Assembly (NCBI GenBank): GCA_044222475.1 | Contig: JBGANF010000103.1 | Span: 1-29,324, forward strand | Direction of reading: 5' to 3' | DNA from: Polyangiaceae bacterium | GTDB taxonomy: Bacteria > Myxococcota_A > Polyangia > Polyangiales > Polyangiaceae | DNA length: 29,324 nucleotides | In this document: in pieces, positions 25,002 through 29,324 of the stretch | Layout of the letters: each line of letters starts with the position of its first letter | Numbering within the stretch: position 1 is the first letter of the stretch | The notes under the pieces: generated by a model | Seen by the model: only the letters and a program-made list of their open reading frames with translations | What the model was told of the DNA's origin: nothing | Database searches by the model: none | Made by a program: the position numbers and the translations under genes

Positions 25002-25937
25002 TCAGCGCTTCTCGCTGTCGAGCGCCGTCATGTGAGCGGGGGGATAACGCGTTCCCGCGATGGAGCCTCGCGGCGCGATCGCTTCGACCTCGGCGAGCTG
25101 CTCCGGTGTGAGTGGCTTCGCGGTGAGGGCCTCGTCGAGCTGCTTCATCGTACGCATCCCGAGCGTCGGGACGAGGCGCGGTTGCTTGCCGAGCGCCCAC
25201 CCGATCGCGAGCTGACTGGGAGTGATGCTCCAGCGCATCGCGAGCGCGTGAAGGTCCGCGACGAGCTTCGCGTTCGCTTCGCCGTTCGTGCCGCTGAACC
25301 GCGGTAGGTACGCGCGATGATCGCCGGGGCCGATGGGGCTCGCGGACAAGAGACCGCGAGAGAGCACGCCGTACAGCGTGGCGCCGATTCCGAGCTCGTG
25401 GAGCACCGGGAAGATGGCGTCCTCCGGATCGCGGCTCACGATCGAGTACTCGATCTGGAGATCGGCGATCGGGTGGACCTTCGCTGCGCGGCGGATCGTC
25501 TCGGGTCCGACCTCGGACAAGCCTATCGATCGCACGTAGCCGGCCTTCACCAGGTCGGCGATGGCGCCGATGGTGTCTTCGATCGGCACGGCCGGATCCA
25601 AGCGAGCGGGGCGGTACACGTCGACGTAATCGGTGCCGAGCCGGACGAGCGAATATGTGAGGAAGCTCTTCAACGCGGCCGGCCGCGCATCGACGCCGTT
25701 GGGAACGCCATCGGGGCCGCGGAGCATGCCGAACTTCACCGAAAGCTGGACCTCGTCGCGGCGACCGGTGATCGCGCGGCCGACGAGGAGCTCGTTGTGC
25801 CCCGAGCCGTAGAAGTCGCCGGTGTCCAGAAACGTCACGCCCCGCTCGATCGCCGCGTGAAGGACGGCGATGCTCTCCGCGTCGTCCGTCTTGCCGTATG
25901 CGCCGGACATTCCCATGCAGCCCATTGCGATTCTCAT
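25002..25937 (-). CDS. Aldo/keto reductase (AKR13-like), 311 aa
   Basis: ATG 25937: MGCMGMSGAYG, DTGDFYG, NE, SVKFG, GYVRSIGLSE, LQIEYS, LSRGLL. Confidence 0.93.
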   Translation of the reverse strand: MRIAMGCMGMSGAYGKTDDAESIAVLHAAIERGVTFLDTGDFYGSGHNELLVGRAITGRRDEVQLSVKFGMLRGPDGVPNGVDARPAALKSFLTYSLVRLGTDYVDVYRPARLDPAVPIEDTIGAIADLVKAGYVRSIGLSEVGPETIRRAAKVHPIADLQIEYSIVSRDPEDAIFPVLHELGIGATLYGVLSRGLLSASPIGPGDHRAYLPRFSGTNGEANAKLVADLHALAMRWSITPSQLAIGWALGKQPRLVPTLGMRTMKQLDEALTAKPLTPEQLAEVEAIAPRGSIAGTRYPPAHMTALDSEKR

Positions 25938-26045
25938 GGGCTCACCGTGGGCGCACGCGGGCGAAGGCGCTTGTCGGTTCTTGGCGCGATCGTCACGCGG
26001 TGAATCATCGCGAGCGGCGCGACTTCGGCGTCGTACACTCGGGGG

Positions 26046-26828
26046 ATGGACCACGCCCTCGAGCTTCGAACTGCGCTGCCGGGTCTCCACGCCGTGCGCG
26101 CGACGACCGACGCGCTCCACACCGGCGTGAAGGATCGCTACGGGATCGGACGCATCGAGCGAGGTGACACGGAGTGGTGGGGCGCCGGCAAGGTCTGGCG
26201 CTCCACGCCGGGGTGCGTGCTCATCAAGCAACCTGGCGACGTGGTGCGCCACGTCGCGCACGATGGTCCGACGACGTACACCGCCGTCGTCTTGCCGACG
26301 GACGACGTCGTTCGAGCGCGGGGCGAGAGCACGGCGGTCTCCGTCGCGCAGCTCGAAGTGGGCGACGAGCGAGCGGCGCCGTTTCACCGTCTGCTCGACG
26401 CGGTGAGCGCCGGGGTCGACCGATTCGCGCTCGAGGTCGCGCTCGCCGAAGCGCTGAGCGCGCTCGCGGTGATCAGCAAGGCGCGACCCGACCACTCGCG
26501 GGCGGTGCGGCGCGCGATCGAGTACGTCCGCGAGCGACTCGGCGAGTCGTTCACGCTGGCGGAGCTCGCCGCGCACGCGGACTTGGACAAGTTCCACCTG
26601 TGCCGGGCGTTTCGAGCGCAGGTCGGGATGCCGCCGCACGCGTACCTGACGCACCTGCGCGTGGCGCGCGCGAAGGAGCTCCTGGCGCGCGGCATGCGCG
26701 CGACCGACGTGGCGCAGCTGGCGGGCTTCTACGATCAGGCGCAGCTGACGCGGCACTTCAGGCGCATCGTCGGGACGACGCCAGCGCGGTATGCGAGGGC
26801 GGCGACAGACCGCGGTCAGCTCGGATGA
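26046..26828 (+). CDS. AraC-family transcriptional regulator, divergent from the AKR gene
   Basis: TLAELAAHADLDKFHLCRAF...GMPPHAYL...R...AKELL...VAQLAGFYDQAQLTRHFRRIVGTTPARY. Confidence 0.93.
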   Translation: MDHALELRTALPGLHAVRATTDALHTGVKDRYGIGRIERGDTEWWGAGKVWRSTPGCVLIKQPGDVVRHVAHDGPTTYTAVVLPTDDVVRARGESTAVSVAQLEVGDERAAPFHRLLDAVSAGVDRFALEVALAEALSALAVISKARPDHSRAVRRAIEYVRERLGESFTLAELAAHADLDKFHLCRAFRAQVGMPPHAYLTHLRVARAKELLARGMRATDVAQLAGFYDQAQLTRHFRRIVGTTPARYARAATDRGQLG

Positions 26829-26838
26829 ACGCCGGCAG

Positions 26839-27573
26839 ATGAGCGTCCGGACCGACGGCTCCCGTCCGCGCCACGGCTGCGCGACGTTCTTCGTCGTCGG
26901 ATCGATCGTCTTCGCGTTGGGCGTTGCGGCGCACCTGCTGTATCGCAACTACGAGGTCGAGATCTTCATCACCCTGTTGGCGCTCGGAGCGCTGCTCTTC
27001 GCGCTGCGGAACTGGCTGCGGCCTGCGGCGTGGTCTGAATCTTCGACGACGGTGCCGCCGCGTCCGCTGGCGAGCGTGGTGGCCGGTGGCCCGGTAGCGA
27101 CGATGGGTACGGTGCGCGCGCCTGAGAGCCCACCGATCATCCCCTTCTCGTCTGGAGCTTGTGCGTGGTCCCGCGTGCGCGTCATCGTGGACGGCATCCT
27201 CGTGGCGGACGTACGAACGTCGGACATCGTGGTCCTCGAAGACGGCGCGGGAGCCGCGGTGGAGGTTCAACTCGAGGGCGCCGAGCTTCGCACGAAGTCG
27301 ATGCGGCGCAGCTCGACGGCGGAGCTGCCAATTCGGGAGGTGCTAGAGTGGCTCGACCAGCGTGGATTGGCGAGAGGTCGAACGGGAGTGGATCTGATCG
27401 TCGACTGGCTGCCGCTGCGAGAGATCATCTTCGTGAGCGGTCGAGTCGAGGCCATCGATGGCCCGGTGAGCACGAGCGCGGGTGCCTATCGCGGAAGCGA
27501 GCGAGCGACGCTGCGCATCGTGGCCGACGGGGCGCAGAAGGTACGAGTGACTTCGGATGGTCGAACGGAGTGA
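26839..27573 (+). CDS. Membrane protein with GIDE-like soluble domain, 244 aa
   Basis: ATG 26839, two N-terminal TM helices. The pattern G.V...GTV......PFSSGACAW...V...LEDGAG..V.V..EGA...IFVSG resembles bacterial GIDE-domain proteins. Confidence 0.55.
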   Translation: MSVRTDGSRPRHGCATFFVVGSIVFALGVAAHLLYRNYEVEIFITLLALGALLFALRNWLRPAAWSESSTTVPPRPLASVVAGGPVATMGTVRAPESPPIIPFSSGACAWSRVRVIVDGILVADVRTSDIVVLEDGAGAAVEVQLEGAELRTKSMRRSSTAELPIREVLEWLDQRGLARGRTGVDLIVDWLPLREIIFVSGRVEAIDGPVSTSAGAYRGSERATLRIVADGAQKVRVTSDGRTE

Positions 27574-27603
27574 TGGATGGCGTCCGCGTGGCCATGTGCA
27601 TGC

Positions 27604-28743
27604 ATGCGAGCTCTCCTCGCAACGGTCGTGCTCTCGTGCGTCGGCTGCGGCGCGCGCACGGGGCTGTCCGACGTCGCCACGGACGAGCCACTTCCGCACC
27701 GAGTCTCGATCTTCGCGGGTCCGTACGGCGCATGCGCGCTCCGTGACGGAGAGCTCTTCTGCTGGGGAAAGAACGCCTATGGCGAGATAGGCGATGGCTC
27801 GACGACGACCCGCGCGCGGCCGACGAAGGTCGTCCTCCCTGGAGTCGTGATCGACGTCCACGTCGGCCTCAACTACACGTGCGCTCTCCTCGAGTCGGGT
27901 ATCCCGATGTGCTGGGGCGGGTTGCACCTCGACGACGGTTCGGACCTCGTGAACCCGTCCCCTGAACCTGTGCCCGCCGCGGGTGACGGAGCGTGGCTCA
28001 GCTCGGGGACCGGTCAATTCGGTTGCATGGGAGGGTCGGCGGGCGCAGTCGCGTGCTGGGGCAACGCCGCCGACTTCTATGGACTGAAGAACGCGCAACC
28101 GTCGCTCTCGCTCGCGGCTCGCGTCGTGCCGGGCGCGCAGGGCGCGGTGGCCATCGCGTCCGGCGATCGACACGCGTGCCTCCTGACGGCGAGTGGCGGC
28201 ATCGAGTGCGCGGGAGCAAACGACGAAGGTCAGCTGGGCGACGGAAAGCCGACGAGCGCTCGTGACTACGCTCCGGTCACGCTCTCGACGCGAGCACTTC
28301 AAGTGTCGGCCGCGGGTCGACGCACCTGCGCGCGCACGCTGTTCGGCCTTCAATGTTGGGGACGTGGTGTGTCTCCGGTGAATGAATTCGAAGCGCACGC
28401 GACACCGTTTCTCATCGACGGACTGGGCTCGCCGGACTCACTCGCGTTCGTGTCGGTGGGTCGTCGTCGGATCTGCGTCCTCCGAACCAACGGTGACGTG
28501 CTCTGTTGGGGCTCGAACGCGTTCGGCGGTTTGGGGGATGGGACGACGACGGATCACGAGGGTCCCACGCTCGTCCACGGTCTTCCGCGCGCGACCCAGA
28601 TCGCCACTGGCGACGACTTCACCTGCGCCGATACGGTCGACGGCCTCTACTGTTGGGGCGACGGCTCGTTCGGTCAACTCGCGAGCGGTGACGCGGGAGT
28701 GGGTGTCGGGTCGTTGACGCCGGTGCGCGTCACGATTCCATGA
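27604..28743 (+). CDS. RCC1/BLIP-II repeat beta-propeller lipoprotein, 379 aa
   Basis: Signal MRALLATVVLSCVGCGARTGL (start 27604, alternatively 27577). Repeats of G..H/FTCA...G.V.CWG.N..GQLGDG. Confidence 0.9.
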   Translation: MRALLATVVLSCVGCGARTGLSDVATDEPLPHRVSIFAGPYGACALRDGELFCWGKNAYGEIGDGSTTTRARPTKVVLPGVVIDVHVGLNYTCALLESGIPMCWGGLHLDDGSDLVNPSPEPVPAAGDGAWLSSGTGQFGCMGGSAGAVACWGNAADFYGLKNAQPSLSLAARVVPGAQGAVAIASGDRHACLLTASGGIECAGANDEGQLGDGKPTSARDYAPVTLSTRALQVSAAGRRTCARTLFGLQCWGRGVSPVNEFEAHATPFLIDGLGSPDSLAFVSVGRRRICVLRTNGDVLCWGSNAFGGLGDGTTTDHEGPTLVHGLPRATQIATGDDFTCADTVDGLYCWGDGSFGQLASGDAGVGVGSLTPVRVTIP

Positions 28744-28786
28744 GGCTCGCGCCACGCCGTCGCACGCGCGAGCGGGCGGCGAGAGG

Positions 28787-28840
28787 TTGAACCGACGCGA
28801 TACCTATCCATAGTATGCCTTCATGCATACGGTTCGTATG
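28787..28840 (+). promoter_or_regulatory. Candidate sigma70 promoter and autoregulatory palindromes of the TA locus
   Basis: TTGAAC (28787)-N18-TAGTAT (28811). Palindromes GTATGC-N6-GCATAC (28813-28830) and CATACG-N3-CGTATG (28826-28840) overlap the -10 and start. Confidence 0.55.
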
Positions 28841-29029
28841 ACCATGAACCTCGACGAGGCTCTCCTCGCCGAGGTCGTGGAAGCCCATCCCGGTGTCACC
28901 AAGACGTCGCTCGTCGAGCGCGGTCTGCGTGCTTTGCTCGCGCAAGAAGCTGCGGAGCGACTCGCCAATGCCGGTGGCACGGCGAAGCGGGCACGCGCGC
29001 CCAAGCGTTCGGCGTGGAAGCGCAAGTGA
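28823..29029 (+). CDS. vapB: Type II antitoxin, VapB family (RHH, DUF2191-like)
   Basis: RMTMNLDEALL...KTSLVERGLRALL..EAAERLANAGGT matches the recalled RTTLNID..LL...KT.LV..GL.AL...E..RRLA.LGG pattern. Confidence 0.8.
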   Translation: MHTVRMTMNLDEALLAEVVEAHPGVTKTSLVERGLRALLAQEAAERLANAGGTAKRARAPKRSAWKRK

Positions 29030-29060
29030 TCGGGTCGACACGAATGCCTGGGGGGCATGA
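29026..29060 (+). pseudogene. Remnant of a VapC/PIN toxin 5' end (frameshifted, truncated)
   Basis: GTG overlaps the vapB stop (GTGA). The sequence reads GTG ATC GG GTC GAC ACG AAT GCC TGG GGG GCA TGA = M-I-(2 nt)-V-D-T-N-A-W-G-A-stop, the PIN N-terminal motif with one base missing. Confidence 0.6.
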
Positions 29061-29082
29061 CGAATCACGATAACCTCGGGCC

Positions 29083-29324
29083 ATGAAGAGCGACCTGGGG
29101 AAGAAGGTGGGGTTCGTACTGGCGGCCGCGGTGCTCTCGTACGCGGCGCTGCGTTCGTGGGGGCGCCATGACGAGACGGCGATGACGGACGACGGCGTCG
29201 AGGCCGACGCGCGCGACCCGAAGCAGATCCTCGGTCGCGTCTGGTTCGATCGACTCCCGAAGAACCGCAGCGACGACGTGACGGTTGCGATCTGGTTCGG
29301 CGGCGGCATCGGCCTCTACGAGAA
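29083..29324 (+). CDS. Hypothetical secreted or membrane-anchored protein, 3'-truncated by the window edge
   Basis: Not in the ORF track. Open from ATG 29083: MKSDLGKKVGFVLAAAVLSYAALRSWGRH...ILGRVWFDRLPKNRSDD... TAACCT lies 6 nt upstream. Confidence 0.75.
   Translation, partial: MKSDLGKKVGFVLAAAVLSYAALRSWGRHDETAMTDDGVEADARDPKQILGRVWFDRLPKNRSDDVTVAIWFGGGIGLYE

Noticed and set aside
764..26948. Numerous long alternative-frame and antisense ORFs (e.g. 764..2383, 4317..6230, 14868..16376, 17885..19129, 22006..23430)
   Set aside because: Arg/Ala/Pro-rich shadow frames expected in ~70% GC DNA. They overlap well-supported genes and show no motifs.

Overview
GC-rich (roughly 70% by eye), gene-dense bacterial chromosomal window. 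Several features point to a myxobacterium (Polyangiaceae/Labilithrix-like): a Hanks-type Ser/Thr kinase, many Cys-lipoproteins with Asp-Ala-rich linkers, an AgmX/PglI-like C-terminal domain and a sigma54-type promoter. The taxonomy is inference only. About 29 CDSs are supportable. Recognisable genes are a GT-C glycosyltransferase, Ser/Thr kinase, UvrD/PcrA helicase, Ni/Co transporter, SppA, NlpC/P60 lipoprotein, PD40 propeller, RlmN, GH13 amylase, a DisA_N diadenylate-cyclase-domain protein, a CAP protein, a hydrolase/LuxR/DLH/AKR/AraC group, an RCC1-repeat protein and a VapB-like antitoxin. I saw no rRNA, tRNA, CRISPR array, integrase or transposase, and I cannot demonstrate a complete new multi-gene system. 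Best leads: (1) a stand-alone sensor-fused diadenylate cyclase coupled to a small lipoprotein and sharing a 26-bp bidirectional promoter; (2) a 111-bp palindromic element built from 9-nt tandem units; (3) a perfect 13-bp inverted repeat with NikR-like geometry at the nickel transporter start; (4) a sigma54 promoter with an NtrC-type enhancer before a peptidoglycan hydrolase; (5) an orphan vapB followed by a frameshifted 35-bp vapC stub; (6) a window-wide signature of leaderless transcription. All family assignments come from motif recognition by eye, not from database searches.
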